DNA of 64,000 bases from Basidiobolus meristosporus CBS 931.73 (Eukaryota > Fungi > Basidiobolomycota): contig MCFE01000360.1 of the NCBI GenBank assembly GCA_002104905.1, forward strand, positions 23,341-87,340, written 5' to 3'. The notes beneath the pieces are model-generated. The model saw nothing but the letters and a program-made list of their open reading frames with translations. It did not search any database and had not been told where the DNA came from. A program made the position numbers and the translations under genes. Positions 38,985 to 51,200 of the stretch are shown piece after piece. Within the stretch, counting starts at the first letter, position 1. Every line of letters begins with the position of its first letter.

Positions 38985-39355
38985 AAGGCAGGTGCAGTGA
39001 TCAACTGCTAATCAATAAGGGAGAAGTGTTACTGATAGAAGGAATGATTTATTGATAAGGGATTGCTTTCCCTTAAATACTTTTCCTGATTGCCAAGTGA
39101 TTACTAATGACAAGGCTCTAGAAGATTCTAGGCATCAGTGGAATTCTTGATGACATCACTATGAGCTAACAATATGCCAAGAATGTCCTGGAAGGTTCTA
39201 AAAGGCACAGCACATCCAACCAATCAGGAATCAGTAGTCTGAAACCTGTGCAATATAGAAATACTATATATGGTATTGAAATGGTAGGGATGGTAATACA
39301 GACCTAGGTCATGTGTGATGGGTACTGCTGCGGGTACTTGCCTTATGTAGATACA
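38985..39355 (-). repeat. LTR-like repeat family 2, copy 2 (inverted relative to copy 1)
   Basis: See 35283-35645; no convincing TSD; left boundary uncertain (may extend to about 38750). Confidence 0.65.
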
Positions 39356-39480
39356 TTTACTGATCACAAAGCTGAATAACATCAGGGTAAACATCATATG
39401 GGGATAATACTGATAATATTGGCAAAAGAAGAATGGGATAATGCTGATAAGATAAAACATAGATAAGTATATCATAATAT

Positions 39481-39848
39481 TGTTATGATCTGCCACTTCA
39501 ATGTTTAAGTTAGATCAGTTCTTAGTCAAATCAATTAGTATATGTTTAGGTTATCAGTATATCAGTATTATCTATCAAATCAGTAGCATTAGTCAGCAAA
39601 TGAATCAGCAGATCCTTATCAGACAGAAATAGATATATTAAGTAGGATCTTATTGGGTGATGGTAATGCAATCAAATGAGTCATCAGCCACAACCTACAT
39701 TAGGAAATACAATTAGCCAGCAATTGATCTGGCAAAATGTATATAAGGAGCTGCTGGAACCTCAATAAAGATCAGTTCAAGTTTTAGTGAATACGATACT
39801 AGCTAAACTCCTTATTCCTCTACAACCCTTATACCAAGACTTGTAACA
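39481..39848 (+). repeat. 5' LTR of Gypsy A (368 bp)
   Basis: TG...CA ends; TATATAAG followed by AATAAA; roughly 17 differences from the 3' LTR by eye. Confidence 0.97.
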
Positions 39849-39849
39849 T

Positions 39850-39859
39850 TGGTGGCAGC
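39850..39859 (+). promoter_or_regulatory. Primer-binding site of Gypsy A
   Basis: TGGTGGCAGC 1 nt after the LTR; copy B has TGGTAGCAGC, resembling the complement of an initiator tRNA-Met 3' end. Confidence 0.7.
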
Positions 39860-42800
39860 AATAACCAGAAACCTCCCTCCTGAAGAAAGAAGAAACCACC
39901 CTCCAGATGTTGGACAATCAAGAACGGAAGAATGCCATGCAGCACATCCTGGCCCAACAGCAACAGTTACTCCAGATCCTCAGCCCACAGCAACAAGGAA
40001 TGACTACCATGGCTCAGAGCCAGCATAGCCCTGTCAAGAGCAACTCTAGTGTGAAGGTCAACCGGTACCATGGCAAAGTCAATAAAAACCTGGGAACTTG
40101 GCTCTTTCAGATTGAAGAAGCTTTTAAAGCTAAAGGAATTGCTCCAGAAAGCAAGTTGCATTATGCAGCTTCTTACCTGGCAGATGCAGCCTTACAGTGG
40201 TACTACTACAAGATCAGGTCAGCCACTATTATTGGATTCTCTACAATCTCTACCTGGGATGAGTTTGTGTCAGAAATTCATGATGCTTTTGAACCTGCAC
40301 ACCAGCAGACACTACTAAGAAGGAAGTTAAAGACACTCAGACAGAAAGGAATGGTTCAAGAATACATCTATGAGTACAGATGTCTACTTGGACAAATTGA
40401 AGGAATGGACCCCCTGGATCAAGTTGAATACTTTATTGATGGGTTGAAAGAAAGAACTTGCAAGGAAGTGAACTATCAAAGACCTCAGACTATTGAAGAA
40501 GCCATCAAGATTGCCATTGACTATGACTCAGCTATGTTTGGAGTTGGGAAGCCTACAGTGGCTAATCAGAAAGGCTACAATCATTATGAAAGAAGACAGT
40601 CAGAAGCAGTACCAATGGAAATAATTGCTATGCAGAAGAACCCCACCTTGGAAGAATGCAGGAAGAAAGGACTTTGTTTCAATTGCCACCAGCAAGAACA
40701 CCTCTCAAAGTACTGCCCCCAGAGAAGAAATGGACACCAGCCAACAAGAACCTTCAACCATATTGAGTCCCATGAGCACAGTAATGTGGAGGATGAACTT
40801 GAAGAATACTTGAAACTCACCTTCCATATGACAGAAGAGTACTTGTCCCAAATGACCTCAAACTCAGGGAAGTTATTGTACTTAAATGGAGTAATCAATG
40901 GAGTACCTGCCAAGATCATGATTGACTCAGGAGCATTGCATGAGTACATGTCAGAGCAATTTGCCTTGACAGCTGGAATCAACTTGGAACCTACCAAATC
41001 AACTTCAGTCTCCATAGCTGATGGGAACTCTCACATAATCAACCCTATTACCCAGCCAGTAAGAATGAAGATCAATGACTATGAAGAAGACCTACAGGCT
41101 TATATATTTGGGATCTGCAAGTTTGACCTTGTACTTGGAAAAACCTGGCTATTTTGTTGTAATCCATCAATCAACTGGAGAACCCATGCTACTCAGATCC
41201 AAAAGGACAACAAGACCTATCAGCTATTACCTGCCAGGCTGGATTTCTACTTGGTCAATTCCAGTACATGAGAGACAAGTGAGCTTAGCTAGACCCAGTT
41301 CTGCAGAGCACTTAGAAAAGGTACTCAGATGTTCCTCATGGCGGTATTACAGGAGGACTCCTCTGCCCCAGCACCCCAGCAGGTCCAGACTCTCTTGAAG
41401 AAATATTCAGACGTGTTTCCAGATAAGATTGTAAGCCTACCACCAGTCAGTGACATGGATCATGCCATTGACACAGGAGATAGCCCTCCAGTGAGCAAGA
41501 CACCTTACAGAATGAGTCCATTGGAATTGGAGGAAATGAAGAGACAAATTGATCAGCTATTGGAGCAAGGATACATCAGGCCCAGCAAGTCACCCTGGGG
41601 AGCACCAGTGCTTTTTGTGAAAAAGAGGATGGAACACTTAGGAAGTGCTTTGACTACAGAGCCTTGAACTCAGTTACCGTCAAGAATAAGTACTCCATAC
41701 CTTGGATTGATGAGCTTTTGGACCAACTTAATGGAGCCACTATTTTCAGCAAGATTGACCTCATGTCAGGATACAACCAGATTAGGGTGAAACCAGAAGA
41801 TATCCCTAAGACAGCATTCAGGACCAGATATGGACATTACAAGTACTTAGTGATGAGTTTTGGTCTCACCAATGCCCCTGCAACATTCATGATGCTGATG
41901 CAGACTGTCTTTCAGGAGTACTTAGACAAGTTTGTGATAATCTACCTGGATGACATATTGATATACAGCAAGACAGCAGAGGATCACGTGGTGCACATTG
42001 AAAAGGTCTTGAAGAAACTAAGAGAGAACAAGCTATAGGGCAAGCTAGCCAAGTGTGAATTCTTCAAGGAACATGTTGAATATCTGGGACACATATTGAC
42101 TAGCACAGGAGTGACCTTAGACCCTAAGAAGGTTGAAGTTATCAAGAATTTGAAGCAGCCCCATAGCATATCACAACTCAGATCATTCCTTGGAATGGCA
42201 TCCTTTTATTAGAAATTTGTCAAGTCCTTTGCAAGCATTGCAGCCCCTTTAACTGATATCCTCAAGAAAGACAATACCTACAAGTGGGACATAGCTTGTG
42301 AGACTGCCTTCCAGATGCTCAAGATGAACTTGCTAAGCTGCCAAGCTTAAGAATACCAGACTTCAGAAAAGAGTTCACCCTGTGCACAGATGCTTCAGAT
42401 GATGCAATTGGTGGAGTGCTGAGCCAAGAACACAAGGGAAAGGACTACCCTGTTGCCTTTGAAACCAAGAAACTGAACTCAGCAGAACAAAACTATCCAG
42501 TCCATGAGAAGGAGATGCTTGCTATAATACACTGTTTGAAGATATGGATATGCTATATTGAAGGAGTCAAATGCACTGTGAAGACTGATCATGCCTCCCT
42601 CAAGTATATATTAACTAAGAAGGTACCCTCTAGAAGAATGACAAGATGGAGTGAATACATTCAGCAATTTGACTTGGAGATTGTCTACTGCCCTGGAAAA
42701 ACCAACACAGTTGCTGATGCCTTATCAAGATTAGGGCAACCGGCACAACTCAACTTGGTGCATGAATCAGATTGGCCTAGCTTATTACTACAATACTTGG

Positions 42801-44048
42801 AGGACCAAGCCATTCCTAATAAGGTGGATGAAGAGATAAAGAAGATAATCAGGGATGAAGCCAGCAAATTTGTAGTACAGGATGAAACACCCTACCAAAT
42901 TGTTGATGGAAGCCCTATTGCCTATTGTCCTTATATTGCTTGCCTGGATTTAATACATAAGCTACACAATGGATATGGACATCTTGGGATTGAAGGAACC
43001 TATAGCCTTGTGAAAGCCAGAGCATGGTGGCCCAGAATGAAGCACAATATTGAGAAGCTAGTGAAAACATGCCCAAACTGCCAAATCAATCAAGGCCAGC
43101 TGCAAAGAATTGCCAAACTCTTCCCTTTGGAGCCTGTAAGACCATTTGAGAGATGGGGAATTGACTTTATTGGAAGACTGCCAACCACCAGGAAATGCAA
43201 CCGTTGGATCATAGTAGCAATTGACCATGCCACTAAATGGCTAGTTGCTAAAGCTGTACCAATAGCCAGTGAACAAGAAGTTGCAAGTTTCATTTACCAT
43301 GAGATCCTGATGAAGTTTGGATGCCCTGTGGAGATCTTATCTGATGGAGGAGCAAACTTTATGGCAAAGACATTAGAGGCTTACCTGGAAATGCAGCAGA
43401 TTAAACACTTGAAAACCTCAGCATATCACCCCAGAACTAATGGAGTCACTGAATGCTTTAATGGATTATTTGGAAAAATGCTGGCCAAGTATGCAAATGG
43501 AGCTGTCAGTAGATGGGATGAATGTATAGATCAAGCACTTTTTGCCTGCAGAGTTAGAGTGCACAATACTACCCAACAATCACCATCTTACTTAGTGCAT
43601 GGATGTGAACCCAGGATTACAGGAGATCTCACACAACCCAAGCTTACAGATGCCTTAGAAGATGAACTTAGTCAGCCCAGTAGACACCAGCAACTGGAAC
43701 AAAGACAATAAGAGGTACAGGCCAAAGTATCTCAAAGTGCAGAAAGGATGAAGCAGATATTTAATAAGCCTATAGCACAAGAAGCATTGACAGTTGGGAA
43801 CTTTGTATTGCTAAGAAACAACACTTGGAAGAAGTTTGAGCCACAATGAACAGGATCATTCAAGATCATCAGAGAATGACCATTTGCAACTTACCAACTA
43901 GTGGATAAACAAGGAAATATCCGGGAAGATTTAGTTCATAGAGACAGACTCAAGCTTGCAAGACTTGCTGATAATACTGAACCATGAAGATATTGGTATC
44001 TCAAGAAAAGAGATTCAGGAGAACCCTCTCAACTTTAGTGGGGGAGGA

Positions 44049-44416
44049 TGTTATGATCTGCCGCTTGAATGTTTAAGTTAGATCAGTTTTTAGTCAAATC
44101 AATTAGTATATGTGTAGGTTATCAGTATATCAGTATTATCTATCATATCAGTCAGATTAGTCAGCAAATGAATCAGCAGATCCTTATCAGACAGAAATAA
44201 ATATATTAAGTAGGATCTTATTGGGTGATGCTGATGCAATCAAATGAGTCATCAGCCACAACCTACATTAGGAAATACAATTAGTCAGCAATTGATCTGG
44301 CAAATTGTATATAAGGAGCTGCTGGAACCTCAATAAAGATCAGTTCAAGTTCTAGTGAATACAATACTAGCTAAACTCCCTATTCCTCTACAACTCTTAT
44401 ACCAAGACTTGTAACA
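44049..44416 (+). repeat. 3' LTR of Gypsy A (368 bp)
   Basis: Preceded by the polypurine tract agtgggggagga and followed by the ATAT TSD. Confidence 0.97.
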
Positions 44417-44419
44417 ATA

Positions 44420-46150
44420 TCTATATGAATAAACATGTCTGTGGGAGGTAAGCTTACCCTACCACAATACAAATTTAATTAATGGAGATAAAGAATAAGA
44501 TATGAACATTATGCAAGTATATTATCACAACAATTATGAGCCATTCAAATCTGCTCCAACCAATGATATTGGTCTAAACAATGGTTGGGCAAGACTGGTT
44601 TTATCAAATTATCAAACTGCAACAGGATATAAAACTTAGATCATGTTTTCTGTAATTATGGATATCATGAACTTTCTTATTGGTACTTTATTTATATTAG
44701 GAGTATATAATATGGTTTATCCAAGCTCAGACCTTGGGGTAATGGACAAATGTTAGTCAATGAAGCACCCAACCCCAGACTAGTTGTAGGAATGGATGGA
44801 TAAGTTCAAAACTTGAGTGAACTATTTAGGATATTATTGGATGTCAAAGATGAAATATAATTATGAACAAGGCATTACTCCACAATAACATTTGAAATAT
44901 TCTTTTAGCATTGAAAGAAAACTTTTTAAAAAATGTATTTGTTTGTGCTCACTTCCAGTTTTTAAACCCTTCTTAAATAATATCTTTATATTTTCATAAT
45001 TAAAAAAGTGTTCAAAATTACTTTAAGTATAATATTAATATATTAATAAAATTTTTTTAACACATTTTTAATAAAAACCATCATAACACCAAAGGGTATC
45101 AAAAATTGCTTCCTACATAGTACATAATGCGCAAATTGTCAATATCTAATTTTGGTATATAATTTTTTAAACCATTAGAAATAGGAACAGGAGCAAGAGT
45201 TGAAACAGCTAGGGGGCATTTTGATTAATACTAGTTGGAATACTTTGAGAAGTTGCTTGACTAGTTGAAAAGCTGTTAAGGTTGAACCAAAGACAATACA
45301 ATACCATTTGATAGTTTAACTTTTATATATCCAGCAGATGCTGATGTATAACTAATATCCACAATAATTAAATATATATTCAATGCAGCTTGTGTACTAC
45401 CACATCCATTACACAAATCTTTATCCAAAATATCTGCACCCATTTTATCTTTTGTTAGAGTAAGTATTTCTGTCAAATGGTTATACTGGTTCTGATATCA
45501 CAAATATTTTGCAAACACAAATCTGGTGCAATTTGGCTGTGAAACCTTTGCAGCAGTCAGAAATTTGTGCATTGACCAGTTGAAAAAACACAAGAAAATG
45601 GAGTAGGAGATTTGGCATCAAGGACATCATTAGTTTTTGGAAAATTTATGCAATTGGATATATATCTATAAGCACCATTTAGTTAAGAATTATCATAGGT
45701 GCATGATTGCCCCAATGTAATACCTGCAAATAATTCAATGGTGCATACAAATCTGAATATTTTAAGTTGGATGATTTCTCCATCAGATAATTATTGGATC
45801 TCAAATTCTTTTTTGCATTTATCACACATGTTCATTCAACAAAATTTTTAAACTTTGTAACAAATATTTAATTATTTACCAAAGTTTATATAACAAATAT
45901 TTTATTACAACTAAATATATATACTATGTGTTCTTCAATGCAAACCTCAAATTATTTTTTAAAAACTTTTTTTCCAAGATGAAAATGTTTAGATTAAATA
46001 CATTTGGGTATTATCAATTGTTATTACATCTCAACCTTGAAAATACAATTAAACTTCAATGTCACAGCCACAAATGAACATGTATGTATCCAAATTGCAC
46101 TTTAAATTCATCAAAAAAATGTTGTTACAGTCCAGCCTTGGATTAGTTTG
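44420..46150. other. AT-rich island 2 with a broken Cys-rich reading frame on the minus strand
   Basis: Long A/T tracts at 44900-45100 and 45840-46000; minus-strand MCDKCKKEF, CTYDNS, CVFSTGQC and LCNGCG segments separated by stops. Confidence 0.6.
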
Positions 46151-46949
46151 CATTTTCTGATTGGCCATTCTTTGCACCAATATTTGTACTCTCAAGTTGT
46201 TGGCCTATACTGTGCAAATTATATGCATCATTGCTCTTACATGGCTTCCTCATCAAGTCCCCTCACTCTCAGCTCATTCTTCATTTCAATACTTGTCTAG
46301 TTGTATATCTTCTTGCATACATATATTGACAACTCAATGTATAGCTCATACCACAGCTTTCTACTCAGATTTTTCCATCTTTGTTGACTCTCTGATATTT
46401 CCAGGTCTGCTAGATTAATGACTAGTGCCCAAATATCTGAATGAAGGCTCATCATAGACACTTGGGTCATACTTATATCATTGGTAAGAACTTGAATGGA
46501 CCTGACTGGACTTTTCCAGTGCAGATCATGCCTGTGAGCTAGGGAATGGGTTGTGTCTTGGTAGTACTAGAGTTGAGTTGAGATTTGATATAGGGACCAT
46601 AGTGACAGATTTGGATACTTACACAGTTGTACACTTGCAGCAATCTTGTGGTAAATGAAATATAAATGAAAACTAATATAATTGCGGAAGTTTCCATAGA
46701 TTAGAATTGTTCCATGGTATAGTGCCACATAGTGTCAGCCTGCTTATATTGCAGCATTGATCTGTCACTCTAATTTTTACCATGGTGTCAATGGCAGGAT
46801 ACAGTTACTGATGTTTACTCAATCTTACCTATGTTGCTCAGAACAGTGCTTTTTCTTGCTTTTTTACTCTTCATAATGCCCCAGACACATTTCACTCAGT
46901 GGATGTCTTCATGTATGTACATGCTGTGCATTGATAAGTATCTTGGCTA

Positions 46950-47430
46950 TTTTACCTATTCTACTGTTTTCTCATATATATGACTTTCCTCTGTATTGAC
47001 TGCAAATATGCTGAATCTCTTCGGATATTTAAATGTATTTGCTGCATGCACTCTAAAGTAATTAAATATCTCATTGTAGATCTTCTGCTTCTGGGGAAGC
47101 ACATCATTCCTTGGCATCTTATGAGCTGTAATACATCCTGATATCTGACAGTCCTCTCCTATATAAGCTACATCTGCCATACATTTCTCCCCTCTACTAA
47201 ATTCTGGATGACTCACTCCCCTGAGTGCTTAGTGATGCCTACCTTAAGCAAATGTCCCACTGAGTCAGATGCTGTTGACCTCAATGTCAGATAATGCTTG
47301 AGACTTCATGGAGTGTGCCTTATATGTGCCAGAATAATAGTGCCTTTGCCCTAAATAAGGTTTGTTAATCCTGACTGAGGGGGTTTCCAGAGTACTCCTC
47401 AAATTGAACCTGTTGCTGAACATTCTGGGA
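46950..47430 (-). mobile_element. Degenerate PIF/Harbinger (DDE_Tnp_4-type) transposase
   Basis: RINKPYLGQRHYYSGTYKAHSMKSQ, GEKCMADVAYIG, ITAHKMP...QKIYNEIFNYFRVH..N.F..KRF match the family pattern. Confidence 0.8.
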
Positions 47431-47799
47431 AATGGTAGTCTATTGGTGCTTCTGAATCCAGTATTCCAAGCTTGCTCTAAGTCATTGATACCCTCTGTAA
47501 GGTGGTTCTCCATTACTGTCAGCTGGAAATGAAAGCTTCTAGGACTTTTGTTGCCATGGATGGTAGGACAAAGCCTTGTAGGGCAATACCTCTTGTAATA
47601 GCTGAGAAGCTTAACCAGGGATAATCAAGAATGAGCCTAGAGCTGGGGGATTTGATGAGCAAGCCACACAAGAGCAATTACTTGTGCAATTTGCACAGTA
47701 AGGGCTAGACACATCCATTTGTGCCTCAACTTTGGGAACCAACAGGATTTTAAGTGAGTTTGTACCTCAAGTTACTTATGTTTACTATGATATATTAAT

Positions 47800-48227
47800 A
47801 GGGCTCAGTGACTTTTGAGAGCAATAAACACAGGATTCATCAAGGTAACAGTTCCAAAGTATTAGACAGAGGGTAAGTGAAAACCTTGAGGAATTAGAAG
47901 GTTAGCTTCAAGAGGAAGAATACAGACCACAAGCAACTGTATCAAGAATGCACCAGCACACCGTGCTGGATTCCTTACCATCCCTTACAATTCCTGCATG
48001 CTAGTGCATGTCAGTCTAGTCTATACCAACACCCTTCAGAAGAGCTCCCTGATTGAGTTGACATGTATCATATCAGCATTGTGCTTCAGGGCAAAACCTC
48101 CAGAACTTGCCAAACTGTGCATACAGACATGAGTTCATTGGAGCAAGCCAAGTTACATCAGCAGGTAACATCACAATGAGATCAGCCAAGGGCTATGCCC
48201 ACTCATTTGGTGGTGCCTGCATCTGTC
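47800..48227 (+). repeat. Unclassified repeat family 3, copy 2, left part (interrupted by Gypsy B)
   Basis: Homology to the reverse complement of 37555-37960; resumes at 53161. Confidence 0.8.
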
Positions 48228-51200
48228 TGTTACAAGTCTTGGCATAAGAGTTGTAGAGGAATAGGGAGTTTAGCTAGTATTGTATTCACTAAAACTTGAA
48301 CTGATTTTTATTGAGGTTCCAGCAGCTCCTTATATACATTTTGCCAGATCAATTGCTGGCTAATTGCATTTCCTAATGTAGGTTGTGGCTGATGACTCAT
48401 TTGATTGCATCAGCATCACCTAATAAGAGCCTACTTAATATATCTATTTCTGTTTGATAAGGATCTGCTGATTCATTTGCTGACTAATGCTACTGATTTG
48501 ATAGATAATACTGATATACTGATAACCTACACATATACTAATTGATTTGACTAAAAACTGATCTAACTTAAACATTCAAGCGGCAGATTATAACATTCTC
48601 CCTTACTAAAGTTGAGAGGGTCCTCCTGAATCTCTTTTCTTGTGATACCAATATCTTGATGGTTCAGTGTTATCAGCAAGTCTTGCAAGCATGAGTCTGT
48701 CCCTATGCACTAAGTCTTCCCGGATATTGCCTTGTTTGTCCACCAGTTGGTAAGCTGCAAATGGACATTCTCTGATGATCCTAAATGGTCCTGTCCATTG
48801 TGGCTCAAACTTCTTCCAAGTGTTGTTTCTTAGCAATACAAATTTCCCAACTGTCAATGCTTCTGGTGCTATAGTCTTATCAAATCTTTGCTTCATCTTT
48901 TCTGCACCTTGAGATACTTTGATCTGTGCCTATTGACGTCTTTGTTCCAGTTGCTGGTGTGTACTTGGCTGACTGAGTTCATCTTCTAAGGTGTCTGTAA
49001 GCTTTGGTTGTGTGAGATCTCCTGGAATCCTTGGTTCACATCCATACACTAAGTAAAATGGTGATTGCTGGGTGGTGTTGTGTACTCTGACTCTGCATGC
49101 AAAGAGTGCCTGGTCTATATACTCATCCCATCTACTGACAACTCCATTTGCATACTTGGTGAGCATTTTTCCAAATAATCCATTAAACTGCTCAGTGACT
49201 CCATTAGTTCTGGGGCAATATGCCAAGGTTTTCAAGTGTCTGATCTGCTGCATTTCCATGTAAGCCTTTAATGTCTTTGCCATAAAGTTTGCTCCCCTAT
49301 TAGATAAGATCTCCACAGGGCATCCAAGCTTCATCAGGATCTCATTGTAAATGAAACTTGCAACTTCTTGTTCACTGGCTATTGGTACAGCTTTAGCAAC
49401 TGGCCATTTGGTGGCATGGTCAATTGCTACTAGGATCCAATGGTTGCATTTCCTGGTGGTTGGCAGTCTTCCAATAAAGTCAATTCCCCATCTCTCAAAT
49501 GGTCTTACAGGCTCCAAAGGGAAGAGTTTGGCAATTCTTTGCAGCTGGCCTTGATTGATTTGGCAGTTTGGGCATGTTTTCACTAGCTTCTCAATATTGT
49601 GCTTCATTCTGGGCCACCATACTCTGGCTTTCACAAAGCTATAGGTTCCTTCAGTCCTAAGAGGTCCATATCCATTGTGTAACTTATGTATTAAATCCAG
49701 GTAAGAAACATAAGGGCAATAGGCAATAGGGCTTCCATAAACAATTTGGTAGAGTGTTTCATCCTGTACTACAAATTTGCTGGCTTCATCATGGATTATC
49801 TTCTTGATATCTTCATCCACCTCATTAGGAATGGCTTGGTCCTCCAAGTACTTTGGTAATAGGCTAGGCCAATCTGATTCATGCACCAAGTTGAGTTGTG
49901 CAACTTGATCTAATCTTGAAAAGGCGTCAGCAACCGTGTTGTTTTTTCCAGGGCAGTAGACAATCTCCAGGTCAAATTGCTGAATGTATTCACTCCATCT
50001 TGTCATTCTTCTAGAGAGTACCTTCTGAGTAAATATATACTTGAGGGAGGCATGATCAGTCTTCACAGTGCATTTGACTCCTTCAATATAGCATATCCAT
50101 ATCTTCAAACAGTGTATTATAGCAAGCATCTCCTTCTCATGGACTGGATAGTTTTGTTCTGCTGAGTTCAGTTTCTTGGTTTCAAAGGCAACAGGGTAGT
50201 CCTTTCCCTTGTGTTCTTGGCTCAGCACTCCACCAATTGCATAATCTGAAGCATCTGTGCACAGGGTGAACTCTTTTCTGAAGTCTGGTATTCTTAAGCT
50301 TGGCAGCTTAGCAAGTTCATCTTGAGCATCTGGAAGGCAGTCTCACAAGCTATGTCCCACTTGTAGGTATTGTCTGTCTTGAGGATATCAGTTAAAGGGG
50401 CTGCAATACTTGCAAAAGACTTGACAAATCTCCAATAATAGGAAACCATTCCAAGGAGTGATCTGAGTTCTGATATGCTATGGGGCTGCTTCAAATTCTT
50501 GATAACTTCAACCTTCTTAGGGTCTAAGGTCACTCCTGTGCTAGTCACTATGTGTCCTAGGCATTCAACGTGTTCCTTGAAGAATTCACACTTGGCTAGC
50601 TTGCCATAAAGCTTGTTCTCTCTTAGTTTCTTCAAGACCTTTTCAATGTGCACCATGTGATCCTTTTCTGTCTTGCTGTATATCAATATGTCATCCAGGT
50701 AGATTATCACAAACTTGTCTAAGTACTCCTGAAAGACAGTCTGCATCAGCATCATGAATGTTGCAGGGGCATTGGTGAGGCCAAAACTCATGACTAAGTA
50801 CTTGTAATGTCCATATCTGGTCCTGAATGCTGTCTTAGGGATATCTACTGGTTTCACCCTAATCTGGTTGTATCCTGACATGAGGTCAATCTTTCTGAAA
50901 ATAGTGGCTCCATTAAGTTGGTCCAAAAGCCCATCAATCCAAGGTATGGAGTACTTATTCTTGACAATATCTGAGTTCAGGGCTCTGTAGTCAAAGCACT
51001 TCCTAAGTGTTCCATCCTTCTTTTTCACAAAAAGCACTGGTGCTCCCCAAGGTGACTTGCTGAGTCTGATGTATCCTTGCTCCAATAGCTGATCAATTTG
51101 TCTCTTCATTTCCTCCAATTCCAATGGACTCATTCTGTAAGTTGTCTTGCTCACTGGAGGGCTATTGCCTGTGTCAAGGGTATGATCCACATCTCTGACT

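Larger units (their letters stand above)
39481..44416 (+). mobile_element. Full-length degenerate Ty3/Gypsy LTR retrotransposon, copy A
   Basis: LTRs 39481-39848 and 44049-44416 (TGTTA...TAACA), 4-bp TSD ATAT, PBS TGGTGGCAGC at 39850, PPT at 44037-44048; gag, Zn knuckle, protease, RT (YLDD), RNase H and integrase interrupted by stops and frameshifts. Confidence 0.97.

Noticed and set aside
39737-39860. Tf1-style self-priming between the PBS and the LTR R region
   Set aside because: Only about 6 nt (gctgct) of complementarity; a tRNA-type TGG PBS explains it better.
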